Positions 1-9,181 of a DNA stretch of 50,666 nt are shown here, in pieces. A model generated the notes under the pieces. The model was not told the DNA's origin. It did not search any database and saw nothing but the letters and a program-made list of their open reading frames with translations. The position numbers were made by a program, and so were the translations under genes. The stretch is taken from NCBI GenBank assembly GCA_964468565.1, contig CAYXVN010000001.1, positions 1 through 50,666 of the forward strand, read 5' to 3'. This DNA is from an uncultured Oscillospiraceae bacterium. Its GTDB lineage: Bacteria; Bacillota; Clostridia; Oscillospirales; Oscillospiraceae. Position 1 is the first letter of the stretch, and each line of letters opens with the position of its first letter.

Positions 1-1049
1 TTGCCCAGATTGGAGTGGTAGTAGGTGTAGAGAAGCCCCCCGTCCGGGGCAATAAGCGCCAGCTTGGTGGTGGTGGACCCGGCGTCGATGCCCAGGTAGG
101 CGGGGCCGGCATAGGTGGCGATGTCCGCCTGAGGCGGTCTGCTGGCGTTGTGCCGGGCCAGGAAGGCATCATACTCCGCCTGGCTGGAAAAGAGAGGGGG
201 CATGGTGTCCACCAGGGATGTGGCGTCCACGCTCTCCTCCAGTCTGCGCAGGACCTCCTCGTAGGTGGTGGGGCTCAGCTCTCCGGCACAGAGGGCCGCG
301 CCGATGCCGGCAAAACAGTCTCCGTCGGCGGGAAAGATGGCGTGCTCCCCGTCCAGCTTCAGGGTTTCCACGAAACGCTCCCGCAGACCCATCAGGAAGT
401 GAAGGGGGCCGCCCAGAAAGACGATCTTGCCCTTCAGCTCCCGACCCTGGGTGAGGCCGGCCACCGTCTGATCCACCACGGCCTGGAAGATGGAGGCGGC
501 CACGTCCTCCTTGCGCCCTCCCTGGTTGAGAATGGGCTGGATGTCGGTCTTGGCGAAGACGCCGCAGCGGGAGGCAATGGGGTAGATTTTTTCGTGGCGG
601 AGGGAGAGCTGGTCCAGTTCCTCCACGGAGACGTTCATCAGGGTGGCCATCTGATCGATGAAGGCCCCGGTGCCTCCGGCACAGGAGCCGTTCATCCGTT
701 CCTCCAGGGCTCCCCCGAAGAAGATGATCTTGGCGTCCTCGCCCCCCAGTTCGATGACCGCGTCCGTGTTGGGAATGAAGGTGTTGACGGCTGCCGCCGT
801 GGCGTAGACCTCCTGGACGAAATCAATGCCCGCCGCCGTGGCGACACCAAGCCCTGCAGAGCCGGTGATGGCCACCTGGATGTCCTGACCGGAGAGCAGG
901 TCCGAAATGGAGCGGAGCGTCTCGCAGGCCCGCTCCCGGGTCCTGGAGTAGTGGCGCTCGTAGGAGCGGAACAGCAGATTGTTCTGCTCATCCAGTACCA
1001 CCACCTTGACGGTGGTGGAGCCGATATCAATGCCGACGCGAAGATTCAT
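1..1049 (-). CDS. Acyl-CoA dehydratase activase / CoA-substrate-specific enzyme activase (BadF/BadG/BcrA/BcrD ASKHA ATPase), runs off the left window edge
   Basis: Own translation from ATG at 1049: MNLRVGIDIGSTTVK...IELGGEDAK...RMNGSCAGGTGAFIDQMA...IASRCGVFAKTD, with a second GIDAGSTTTK ATPase repeat; GGTGA RBS-like site upstream. Not in the ORF track because its stop is outside the window. Confidence 0.9.
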   Translation of the reverse strand, partial: MNLRVGIDIGSTTVKVVVLDEQNNLLFRSYERHYSRTRERACETLRSISDLLSGQDIQVAITGSAGLGVATAAGIDFVQEVYATAAAVNTFIPNTDAVIELGGEDAKIIFFGGALEERMNGSCAGGTGAFIDQMATLMNVSVEELDQLSLRHEKIYPIASRCGVFAKTDIQPILNQGGRKEDVAASIFQAVVDQTVAGLTQGRELKGKIVFLGGPLHFLMGLRERFVETLKLDGEHAIFPADGDCFAGIGAALCAGELSPTTYEEVLRRLEESVDATSLVDTMPPLFSSQAEYDAFLARHNASRPPQADIATYAGPAYLGIDAGSTTTKLALIAPDGGLLYTYYHSNLG

Positions 1050-1235
1050 GGAACATCACCTGCGAAGATCCTTGTTGGGAGAACGCGGCAGAGGCCTGCT
1101 GCGGAAATCATATTTTAGTGTGTGGTTCCCATGAAAACAATAAATTTAACATTTTCTTAGCAGTGTTTCAGGTGTTTTTAACGTCTGACAGAAAATGCCA
1201 CCAGCCCGAACCGGGGCGGGGGAAGGGGAGGAGAG

Positions 1236-1264
1236 AAGAAAAGGCCGCCCGGAACCGGGCGGCC
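1236..1264 (-). terminator. Intrinsic terminator after XRE gene
   Basis: GGCCGCCCGG-AA-CCGGGCGGCC stem followed by TTTTCTT on the minus strand. Confidence 0.7.
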
Positions 1265-1288
1265 AGGGAGACGGGGGCAGATTCTGGA

Positions 1289-1573
1289 TCAGGTAATGGG
1301 GACAAAAGTGATGGACAGTTTCATCCCCAGCCCTGCGGCGATGCGCTTCAGGGTTCGCAGGGAGGGGTTGGCGCTGCAGTTTTCGAGGCGGCTGATGGCA
1401 GCCTGTTTGATGCCGGTCGCCTCGGAGAGATCGTCCTGAGTCATGCCGGTACGCTGCCGGGCCATCAGGATGGCCCGGGACAGCTGTGCCTCCGGAGTAA
1501 GGTCCGAGGGATCGCCACGGAATGAGGAGGACTCCAGTTTCATGGAGATAACGCGCTGAAAATCCTTTGCCAA
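1289..1573 (-). CDS. XRE/Cro-family HTH transcriptional regulator (HigA-like)
   Basis: ARQRTGMTQDDLSEATGIKQAAISRLENCSANPSLRTLKRIAAGLG; TTG start with GAAGGTG upstream. Confidence 0.85.
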   Translation of the reverse strand: MAKDFQRVISMKLESSSFRGDPSDLTPEAQLSRAILMARQRTGMTQDDLSEATGIKQAAISRLENCSANPSLRTLKRIAAGLGMKLSITFVPIT

Positions 1574-1701
1574 GATTGTTGCACCTTCTTCCAGGCGGGC
1601 GCTGGGCCCTTGGTCAGGCGGGACTTCCCCCTGCCGGAAAGGGGTGTCCTTACCGAACCGGAGTGCAGATCGGTCGCCGTGTTGCAGATATTACCACTTC
1701 C

Positions 1702-1730
1702 ATAATATATGCACCCTTGCAGATTGTCAA
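1702..1730 (-). promoter_or_regulatory. SigA-type promoter of XRE gene
   Basis: TTGACA-17 bp-TATTAT on the minus strand. Confidence 0.7.
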
Positions 1731-1894
1731 CACATTTCCACTTATTTTTGTCATTTTTCATCCTGCAGTGGCGTTTCCAGGAAAAAATAAGGAAATAAAA
1801 AAGGATAGAACAGGGTTAAATGGATACAATTAGGAACCTCTCCACCAGAGGAAGAGTCCCTGCCCTCTTTTTTTCAGGAGAGGGTGAGTTCACC

Positions 1895-1923
1895 TTTACC
1901 GGGGATGTGTTTTGCGGTATAAT
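1895..1923 (+). promoter_or_regulatory. SigA-type promoter of transglutaminase-like gene
   Basis: TTTACC-17 bp-TATAAT. Confidence 0.6.
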
Positions 1924-1982
1924 ATGAGGGCTGCGGGACGGAGAGGCTCCCCAGGGAGAATCAGATTGAGGAGGAGTCAGAA

Positions 1983-3548
1983 ATGGGAAAACGGCTTGCC
2001 GCTGCGCTGCTCACCGTGTGCATGCTGGCCGGGATGGTGCCGGCAGTCTGTGCCTCCGGGTTCCGGAAGAGCGGAGAGGAGACATGGCTGTCAGACACTT
2101 CCTGGTATTACCGGCAGCTGAATGGGGAGGACCGGGCTGCCTGGGACATGGATGTGGAGAACATCCTCCGCTATCCCGCCCAGCAGGTGGCGTCCACCCC
2201 CGACCGGCAGAGGACGGTTCTCACTCAGGTCATCCGGGCGGAAAACCCGCGGCTGTTCTGGGTGGACTGGATCGATTCCTACGGACGGCTGTGCTTCTAC
2301 AGCAGCACCAGCAGGGCCGGGGGCAACTACTTTGCACCCCGCTGGCCGAGAGGGAGCAGCCTGGAGGATCTTCAGGAGAAGTATCTGCATGCCGTTGACC
2401 GGGATGCCCAGCAGATCCGCCAGGCCCTGGCCCCGTCCTTCTCCCGCTATGACGCGGTGAAGGAGATCGTGGACTGGATCTGCGAGAACAGCACCTACAA
2501 CAGCAGCCAGACCGGGAACAACCGCAGCACCACGGAGCCGGTGGATTTTGCCTGGCTGGCGGCCCACTCCTCCTACGCCGCCCTGGTGACGGGGGATGCC
2601 TATGAGCCGGTGTGCGAGGGCTACGCCCTGGCCTTCAAGGTTCTGTGCGAGGAGATGGATGTTCCCTGTCTGTGCGTGGCGGGAAGCACCTCCTTTGCAG
2701 AGTCCCACATGTGGAATCTGGTGCAGATGGAGGACGGCACCTGGCATCTGGTGGACGTGGCAGGGGTGGACCGGAAGGAAGGGGCCCCTTACACCTACAG
2801 CTACTTCATGATCGGCGCGCAGCAGGCGGAGAAGATGGGCTATGAGCCGGATCCGGTCTTCGGCAGCCGCTACATCGGCGGCGGCAGTTCGGCGGATGAC
2901 CCCCGCTTTTCGGTGCCGGACATTGCAGAGGGCTGGCGCTATGTGCTGGCGCCGGAACTGACGGTGACGGAGACCTGGGGAGGGGCCTGCGTCCGCATGG
3001 AGGGGCGCAACCCGGCCATCAACAGCGGCTACCTCTATCTGCTCTACACCACGGACGGGAAGGACCCCACCCTGGAATCCCCCAGCTGTTTTCGCCACTG
3101 GGAGAGCGTCTACAACGGGGAGGTAAGCCGGGATCTCTGGCTGGAGGAGGACACCCCCGTGAAATCCATCCTCCAGGTGGGAAGCAACGGAACTGTGGCC
3201 AACGGCTTCACCCCCTGGCAGTTCCGCTCCTTCAGCGATGTCTCCGCCCTTCAGGTGCAGGTGGGGGAGACGGACCGGCCTGTCATCACCGGCAGCGGGG
3301 AAGACATCACCATCACTGCGCCGGCCTCCGCCTCGGAGGAGGTGCGGATTTACTACACGACGGACGGGAGTGATCCCCTCTACCGCCTGCAGGCGGATGG
3401 GAGAGCGGAGACCAATCCGGCCCAGAGTCTGTACAGCGGGTCCTTCTCCCTGGAGGAGGGAGCCGAGGTGAGGGCCATTGCGGTGGACCGGGGCAGCCGC
3501 GCCAGCCTGGTGGTGTCCTGTCCCGCCGGCAGCGAAGGCGGGAAGTGA
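1983..3548 (+). CDS. Secreted transglutaminase-like (Cys-His-Asp) protein with two chitobiase/Fn3-associated C-terminal domains
   Basis: Signal peptide MGKRLAAALLTVCMLAGMVPAVCA; VCEGYA...SHMWN...LVD triad; two YTTDG[KS]DP motifs; GAGGAG RBS. Confidence 0.8.
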   Translation: MGKRLAAALLTVCMLAGMVPAVCASGFRKSGEETWLSDTSWYYRQLNGEDRAAWDMDVENILRYPAQQVASTPDRQRTVLTQVIRAENPRLFWVDWIDSYGRLCFYSSTSRAGGNYFAPRWPRGSSLEDLQEKYLHAVDRDAQQIRQALAPSFSRYDAVKEIVDWICENSTYNSSQTGNNRSTTEPVDFAWLAAHSSYAALVTGDAYEPVCEGYALAFKVLCEEMDVPCLCVAGSTSFAESHMWNLVQMEDGTWHLVDVAGVDRKEGAPYTYSYFMIGAQQAEKMGYEPDPVFGSRYIGGGSSADDPRFSVPDIAEGWRYVLAPELTVTETWGGACVRMEGRNPAINSGYLYLLYTTDGKDPTLESPSCFRHWESVYNGEVSRDLWLEEDTPVKSILQVGSNGTVANGFTPWQFRSFSDVSALQVQVGETDRPVITGSGEDITITAPASASEEVRIYYTTDGSDPLYRLQADGRAETNPAQSLYSGSFSLEEGAEVRAIAVDRGSRASLVVSCPAGSEGGK

Positions 3549-3633
3549 TTTTCCGGGGTGAAACCGGTCTGTCCCGGCGGCCGGGGGAACTTCTCCCGAT
3601 GAGGTCAGTTTTGTGAATCTGAGGCTATGAAGA

Positions 3634-3669
3634 GGACCCGCATCAGAAGAGGATGCGGGTCCCTATTTT
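3634..3669. terminator. Terminator-like hairpin between convergent genes
   Basis: GGACCCGCATC-loop-GATGCGGGTCC followed by CTATTTT. Confidence 0.65.
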
Positions 3670-3768
3670 GCCCCTGGGGCAGATTCTGATTACAAATCGT
3701 TATAACCTCCAGGAAAATTACAGACAGGAGAGGATCCTGGAGAATGGAATGCCCCTGCAGAGGGGAAC

Positions 3769-5706
3769 TCAGTGCCGGAAGCGGAAGGCGATGACAAGGC
3801 CGACCAGAAGGACAAGGGCGGAGATGCCGGTGAGAATCAGGGCCTCCCGGCTTACGGAGGAGGTCTGTCCCCCGGCCTCCGGTGTGGGAGCCCCTCCCTG
3901 TCCGAAGGGGGCGTCACCCTGGTCGGGGCGCTGGCCCCGGCCGGGGAAGGCGGTGTCCCCCTGGCCCCCGGCACCTGGGGGGGATTCCGGGGCGGGAGTG
4001 TTCTGTGTACCGTCTCCGGTTGGGGTCTGAAATCCCTCCGGGGGCTGAGGGGGCTGGGTCTGAGTGTCCCCGGTGGAGGGATTCTGGGTCTGGGAAGAGC
4101 CGGCAGAGGAGGAATCCGTTTCCTGGGAGGGCCTCTCCTCCCCGGCGGAGGAAGAGGTGCCGGAGTCGCCCTGCGACCCCCTCTCCCCGGCAGCGGAGGA
4201 GGGGGAGGAAGCCGCCAGAAAGAGGGGAGCGGAGGAGGAGATGGTGGCTGTGGCGGCGGCAGCGGGGGTCCGGTCCGGCCGCTGGGGCATCTGGCCGTCC
4301 ACTGTGCCCTCACGTCCCATGCCATTTCCGGGACCGCCGCCCAGCATGCCTCTCCCCCCTGCCCCGAAGGCGCTGACGGAGGTGTTGTCGATGGTGACCT
4401 CCTCCGCCGTCTCCCCGATGGTCAGGGTGCAGGTGTCGCCCACGGCCAGCTCCGGGGCGCTGAGAATCATCCAGGTGAAGGGGGAGGGAACTTCATGGGA
4501 GAGGAGAACGGTTCCGTCCTGGGCGGTGAGGGAGACTTCAGTTCCGGCCTCCCCCTGGGCGCTGCGGGCCAGGAATCCCTGGGTGGAGGAGGAGTCAAAG
4601 CTCTCCGCCATCATGCTGCCGCCGAAGGCCATGACCGTGCCGCCGGTGATTTCGCACACTCCCCCCAACTCCGAGGCCACATCCAGTGGGGCATTGGGAC
4701 CGGTGCCGTTGAGGCTGATGAAGGTGTTGCCGCCTGAGATGGAGATGCTGCCGTTGGAGTCCAGGCCGTCTGCGTCTCTGCCGGTGTCGTTGAGCAGAGT
4801 GATGTCTCCGCCGGAGATGGACAGCATGCAGGTGGAGGGATCCGGACCGCTGGCGTTGATGCCGTCATCCGTGGAGGTGATGGTCAGGGAGCCCCCGCCG
4901 ATGGTGACCTGGGCGGCCTCCACCCCTTCCCTGCAGGAGGGGATGGTGAGGGTGCCCCCTGCCAGGAGGAAGGAGGAGGTTCCCTCGTCGTTGGACACGG
5001 CGATGCCGTCATCCCCGGCGGTGGCGGTGAGATCCATGCCCGTCAGCTGCACGCTGTCGTTCACGTGGATGGCATCCTCGGTCCCGGTCACCTTCAGGGT
5101 GCCTCCGGTGATGGCCAGCCTGTCGTTGCAGACGATGCCGTGGGCGTGGGAGCCGGTGACGGTGAGGGAACCGCTGCCGTTGATGGTGAGGTCGTCCCGG
5201 GCGTAGATGGCACCGTCAATGCCTTCGGAGGTGGCCTCCTCCCGGAAGCTCTCCCCGCAGGAGACGGTGTTTTCGCTGCCATCCCCCAGGGTGAGCAGCA
5301 CCTTTTCCGCCTGGCGCACCAGCAGGGCGGCGCTGTCCCGGCAGTGCAGGCTGACGCCGTCCAGCATCAGCCGCACGATGCCGCTGCCCTCCGTCTCCAC
5401 CACCAGGCTGCCGTCGGTCAGTTCGCCGGAGAGAAGGTAGCTGCCGGCGTAGGCGATGTGGAGCTGGCCATCGTACCAGTAGGCGCCGCTGCCGTCCAGT
5501 TGGGCGCCGTCGCCGGTGAGGCGGATCCGGGTGGCTCCCGTGGTGTCCCAGTCATCCTCCAGGTCCACGGAGGAGAAGAGGTCCTCGGCCCCGGTTTCCT
5601 CCGATGGGGTGCTGTAGGCACGGATGCCCAGCAGAAAGCCGGTGAGGAGAAGGGCCAGCAGGATTCCCGCCAGACAGATGGCATCCAAATGCTTGCTGGT
5701 AGACAT
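3769..5706 (-). CDS. Cthe_2159-like (DUF4353) beta-helix carbohydrate-binding domain protein with N- and C-terminal TM segments
   Basis: AIYARDDLTINGSGSLTV, DDGINA, DGLDSNGSISISGG repeats; N-terminal TM; long G/P/Q/S linker; C-terminal TM plus RFRH tail. Confidence 0.85.
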   Translation of the reverse strand: MSTSKHLDAICLAGILLALLLTGFLLGIRAYSTPSEETGAEDLFSSVDLEDDWDTTGATRIRLTGDGAQLDGSGAYWYDGQLHIAYAGSYLLSGELTDGSLVVETEGSGIVRLMLDGVSLHCRDSAALLVRQAEKVLLTLGDGSENTVSCGESFREEATSEGIDGAIYARDDLTINGSGSLTVTGSHAHGIVCNDRLAITGGTLKVTGTEDAIHVNDSVQLTGMDLTATAGDDGIAVSNDEGTSSFLLAGGTLTIPSCREGVEAAQVTIGGGSLTITSTDDGINASGPDPSTCMLSISGGDITLLNDTGRDADGLDSNGSISISGGNTFISLNGTGPNAPLDVASELGGVCEITGGTVMAFGGSMMAESFDSSSTQGFLARSAQGEAGTEVSLTAQDGTVLLSHEVPSPFTWMILSAPELAVGDTCTLTIGETAEEVTIDNTSVSAFGAGGRGMLGGGPGNGMGREGTVDGQMPQRPDRTPAAAATATISSSAPLFLAASSPSSAAGERGSQGDSGTSSSAGEERPSQETDSSSAGSSQTQNPSTGDTQTQPPQPPEGFQTPTGDGTQNTPAPESPPGAGGQGDTAFPGRGQRPDQGDAPFGQGGAPTPEAGGQTSSVSREALILTGISALVLLVGLVIAFRFRH

Positions 5707-5710
5707 ATGC

Positions 5711-6382
5711 TCACCCCATGTAGTCGCCGTTGTAGCTGACCAGGACGGCGCTGTGCACCCCGGGCATCTGGGTCAGGGTGTTGAGAAAGTCGGTGTTGTC
5801 ATCCCTGAGCCGCACGTCCAGGTTCAGTTCCACCAGGCCCTGCTGCACGGTTTTGCTCTTGACGGCACAGCGGCGGGTGTGCTCCTCCAGGAAGCTGCGG
5901 GCGGTGATCTCGCTCTCGTGGTCCTGGCACTGGAGAACCACGATATAGGGATCGCAGTGGGTTTTGCGGTTCACGAACACCAGAAGGATGAGTCCGATGA
6001 TGACGCTGCCGATGACCGCCAGGGGAATCATGCCGGCCGCCAGCACAATGCCCACCGCAATGGCCCAGAAGAGGAAGGCGATGTCCAGAGGCTCCTTGAT
6101 GGCGGTGCGGAAGCGGACGATGGAGAGGGCGCCCACCATGCCCAGGGAGAGGACCACGTTGGAGGTGACGGCCAGGATGACAAGAGTGGTGATCATGGTG
6201 AGAGCCAGCAGAGTGACGCCGAAGCTGGAGGAGTACATGACCCCCTGGTAGGTCTTGCGGTATACCAGGAAGATGAACAGCCCCAGACCGAAGGCCAGCA
6301 CCAGGGCCAGGGCCATGTCCAGCAGGCTGACGGAAGTGACGTTTTCCAGGAAGCTGGAGCGGAAGATGTCGTTGAATGTCAT
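5711..6382 (-). CDS. DUF4956 membrane protein (MgtC/SapB-like TM region plus small C-terminal domain)
   Basis: SNVVLSLGMVGALSIVRFRTAIKEPLD signature; AAAGGAG RBS. Confidence 0.9.
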   Translation of the reverse strand: MTFNDIFRSSFLENVTSVSLLDMALALVLAFGLGLFIFLVYRKTYQGVMYSSSFGVTLLALTMITTLVILAVTSNVVLSLGMVGALSIVRFRTAIKEPLDIAFLFWAIAVGIVLAAGMIPLAVIGSVIIGLILLVFVNRKTHCDPYIVVLQCQDHESEITARSFLEEHTRRCAVKSKTVQQGLVELNLDVRLRDDNTDFLNTLTQMPGVHSAVLVSYNGDYMG

Positions 6383-6415
6383 GATGAGAACTCCTTTCGG
6401 ATGGGCCCGGCGGAT

Positions 6416-7087
6416 TCAGCCGTAGATGCGGCACTGGGCATATTTGGAGAAGGAGGTGACGCGGCGGCCGGGAAGCTGCACGGCAGCCCGGACCACATCG
6501 GGGAGGAAGCCGTCCCATTTCACCTCCAGAACAATGGGGGCATCCCCGGCGGGGATGGTGAGGCAGTGGGGATTGAGAAAGTCGGTGCTGTTCAGGCCGG
6601 TGCGCAGATTGTAGTCCAGGGTAACCCGCACATTTCCCGGTGCAAGGACGAAGGGCTCCCGGGTGTACTCCACGATGGTCCGGGGCCGCAGGCCCTGGGT
6701 GTGCATGCGGGTCAGGAGCTCTTCCAGAAGGGGCTCAGGGCGGAGGGGCATCCGGTCCAGCTGCCCCCGGGTGAGCATCTGTACCTCCTCCCGGGTCACA
6801 GTGCAGCTCTGTTTGGCTCCCAGTCCCCCCTGTCTGCATTTCTTCTCCAGGTGGATGAGGGAGGTGTCCCGGTTGTAGCAGCGGATGCGGAACTTCTCCC
6901 GGCAGCTGACCCCGTCCAGTTTGTCCCGCAGGGCCCGGTCTGTGGGGGTGTCGAAGTAGAGGCTGCGGATTTCATAGCGGCCGCCCTGGGCGTGAGGGTC
7001 CGGGTTCATGACGGCGCGCAGCCTCTGGCGCAGGACCAGCAGGTCCTGCAGGTTCAGTTCATGCTTCCATTCGTGTCGGAAGTCCAT
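6416..7087 (-). CDS. VTC (polyphosphate polymerase / triphosphate-tunnel metalloenzyme) domain protein
   Basis: RHEWKH, SLYFDT, REKFRIRCY, LEKK, YTRE, RVTLD, LEVK, SKY motifs; start at ATG 7087 after AAAGGAGG. Confidence 0.9.
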   Translation of the reverse strand: MDFRHEWKHELNLQDLLVLRQRLRAVMNPDPHAQGGRYEIRSLYFDTPTDRALRDKLDGVSCREKFRIRCYNRDTSLIHLEKKCRQGGLGAKQSCTVTREEVQMLTRGQLDRMPLRPEPLLEELLTRMHTQGLRPRTIVEYTREPFVLAPGNVRVTLDYNLRTGLNSTDFLNPHCLTIPAGDAPIVLEVKWDGFLPDVVRAAVQLPGRRVTSFSKYAQCRIYG

Positions 7088-7121
7088 GGGTGCTGGCCTC
7101 CTTTCTGCAGCGGCAGGTCCC

Positions 7122-7154
7122 ATTTTATCGGGGAAAGCTGAAAAGGCTCTGAAA
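7122..7154 (-). promoter_or_regulatory. Candidate response-regulator-activated promoter of VTC operon
   Basis: Minus strand TTTCAG-AGCCT-TTTCAGC-N9-TAAAAT; direct repeat at 11-bp period in place of a -35 box. Confidence 0.7.
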
Positions 7155-7201
7155 ATACGCCTCCGGTTTTGTAAAAGAATTATGAATTTCTCCCCTTCAG
7201 C

Positions 7202-7230
7202 TTGGATTTCCCCGGAGGAAGGACTATAGT
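7202..7230 (+). promoter_or_regulatory. SigA-type promoter of two-component operon
   Basis: TTGGAT-17 bp-TATAGT. Confidence 0.55.
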
Positions 7231-7269
7231 TGGGGGCACAATGAGACTGCAGACCGGGAGGTAACGGGA

Positions 7270-7947
7270 ATGAAGATACTGGTTGTGGAGGACGAGGTGC
7301 TGCTGGCAGGTTCCCTGAAGACGCTGCTGGAGAGCAAGGGATTTCAGGTGGACGCGGTGTATGACGGCGAGACGGGAGCGGAGTATGCCCAGCTGGGGGT
7401 CTATGACCTGCTGATCCTGGACGTGATGATGCCCAAGCTCAACGGCTATCAGCTGGCCCGCCAGGTGCGGGCCCGGCACTGTGCCACCCCCATTCTGATG
7501 CTGACGGCGAAGGGGGAGGTGGAGGACCGGGTTGAGGGACTCAACGCCGGGGCGGACTACTACCTGACCAAACCCTTTGACAGCCGGGAACTGTTGGCCT
7601 GCGTGAATGCCCTGCTGCGCCGGCAGGGAAACCAGGTGGATGAGATGGTGTGGGGGAATACCGTCCTGGACCTTTCATCCTGCATGCTGGTGTGCGGGGA
7701 GAAGCGGGTGCGCCTGTCCGCCCGGGAGTTTGACGTCATGCGCATTCTCTTCCAGGCGGGAGAGCGGAACCTCTCCAAGGAGACCATTCTCTCCCGGGTC
7801 TGGGGCTTTGACTCCAACGCGGTGGAAAACCATGTGGAGGTCTATGTGGGATTTCTGCGCAAGAAGCTGGCAAGCATCGGCTCCAATGTGCGCATTGAGG
7901 CCATCCGCCGGCAGGGTTACCATCTGGAGGTGGCGGAGGAATGCTGA
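7270..7947 (+). CDS. OmpR/PhoB-family response regulator
   Basis: VVEDE, LDVMMP, TAK, KPF receiver motifs; winged helix VEVYVGFLRKKL. Confidence 0.95.
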   Translation: MKILVVEDEVLLAGSLKTLLESKGFQVDAVYDGETGAEYAQLGVYDLLILDVMMPKLNGYQLARQVRARHCATPILMLTAKGEVEDRVEGLNAGADYYLTKPFDSRELLACVNALLRRQGNQVDEMVWGNTVLDLSSCMLVCGEKRVRLSAREFDVMRILFQAGERNLSKETILSRVWGFDSNAVENHVEVYVGFLRKKLASIGSNVRIEAIRRQGYHLEVAEEC

Positions 7948-9146
7948 AGCGGCTGCGGCTGAAGTTCATCTGCATCAACATGGCCATCGTGGTGGCCCTG
8001 CTGCTGACCATGTTCGGCCTGGTCTATCAGGTGACCCGCCAGGACCTGGAGACGGAGAGCCTGGAGACCCTGCGGGCCATTGCGGCGGAGCCCTTCCGGA
8101 TCGGCAGACCCGGGGAGCTGCGGGACGGGGTGCAGCTGCCCTACTTCGTGCTGCAGGTGGGCCGGGACGGGGAGCTGATCACCGCAGGAGGCTTCTACGA
8201 TCTCTCGGATACGGCATTTCTTCAGGAACTGCTGAACACCGTTCAGAGTACGGGAGCCCGGGAGGGCACGCTGCGGGAGTACGGGCTGCGCTTCTGCTCC
8301 AGCTACAGCCCCTGGGGCAGCAGTGTGGTCTTTGCGGACATGTCCAGCGAGCAGCGTACCCTCAGCAGCCTGGTGCGCACCTGCGTGGGGATCGGGGGAA
8401 TCAGTCTGGTGGCCTTTCTCCTGGTCAGCATCTTTCTTGCCCGCTGGGCGGTGCGGCCGGTGGAGCAGGCCTGGGACCAGCAGAGGCAGTTTGTGGCGGA
8501 TGCCTCCCACGAACTGAAGACCCCACTGACGGTGATCCTCACCAATGCGGAGATGCTTCAGGGGACGGAGTACGACGAGAGCAGCCGCCGGCAGTTCTCG
8601 GAGAGCATCCTGGCCATGGCCCGGCAGATGCGGGGCCTGGTGGAGAGCCTTCTGGAGCTGGCCCGGGTGGACAACGGCAGGGTGCGCATGTCCATGGAAA
8701 CGGAAGTGAACTTCAGTGAACTGGTGTCGGATGCCATGCTGCCCTTCGAGCCGGTGTATTTTGAGCAGGGACTGGAGCTGGACGGACAGACCGAGGAGGG
8801 AATCGTCCTCCGGGGAAGTCCGTCTCATCTGCAGCAGGTGGTGGAGATTCTGCTGGACAACGCCCAGAAGTACTCGGATCCCGGGGGGACCGTAAAGCTG
8901 CGGCTGCGCCGGCAGAACCGGCACTGTCTGCTGGAGGTGTCCAATCCCGGGCCCGCCATCTCCCAGGAGAATCTGAAGGCCATCTTCAAGCGCTTCTACC
9001 GGGTGGACAGGGCCCGGGGCATGGACGGCAGCTACGGCCTGGGACTGTCCATCGCCGAGGGAATCGTGGAGGAGCACCGGGGCCGGATCTGGGCGGAGAG
9101 CGAAGGGGGAAGAAACATATTCCGGGTGGAACTGCCCGTGGCGTAG
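7941..9146 (+). CDS. Sensor histidine kinase
   Basis: Two TM segments; DASHELKTP H-box; LLDNAQKY, FKRFYR, GLGLSI boxes; overlaps the RR stop. Confidence 0.95.
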   Translation: MLKRLRLKFICINMAIVVALLLTMFGLVYQVTRQDLETESLETLRAIAAEPFRIGRPGELRDGVQLPYFVLQVGRDGELITAGGFYDLSDTAFLQELLNTVQSTGAREGTLREYGLRFCSSYSPWGSSVVFADMSSEQRTLSSLVRTCVGIGGISLVAFLLVSIFLARWAVRPVEQAWDQQRQFVADASHELKTPLTVILTNAEMLQGTEYDESSRRQFSESILAMARQMRGLVESLLELARVDNGRVRMSMETEVNFSELVSDAMLPFEPVYFEQGLELDGQTEEGIVLRGSPSHLQQVVEILLDNAQKYSDPGGTVKLRLRRQNRHCLLEVSNPGPAISQENLKAIFKRFYRVDRARGMDGSYGLGLSIAEGIVEEHRGRIWAESEGGRNIFRVELPVA

Positions 9147-9177
9147 GAAAGGGGGACGGCGCTGCCGTCCCCCTTTC
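9147..9177 (+). terminator. Intrinsic terminator after histidine kinase
   Basis: GAAAGGGGGACGGC-GCT-GCCGTCCCCCTTTC perfect stem. Confidence 0.75.
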
Positions 9178-9181
9178 AGTG

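Noticed and set aside
15-1118. 367-aa plus-strand ORF
   Set aside because: Antisense shadow of the minus-strand activase gene, which carries the real motifs.
6850-6861. 12-bp match GGTGGATGAGGG to the tRNA-Tyr 3' end as a possible att site
   Set aside because: Lies inside the intact VTC gene, is short enough to occur by chance, and no integrase is present.
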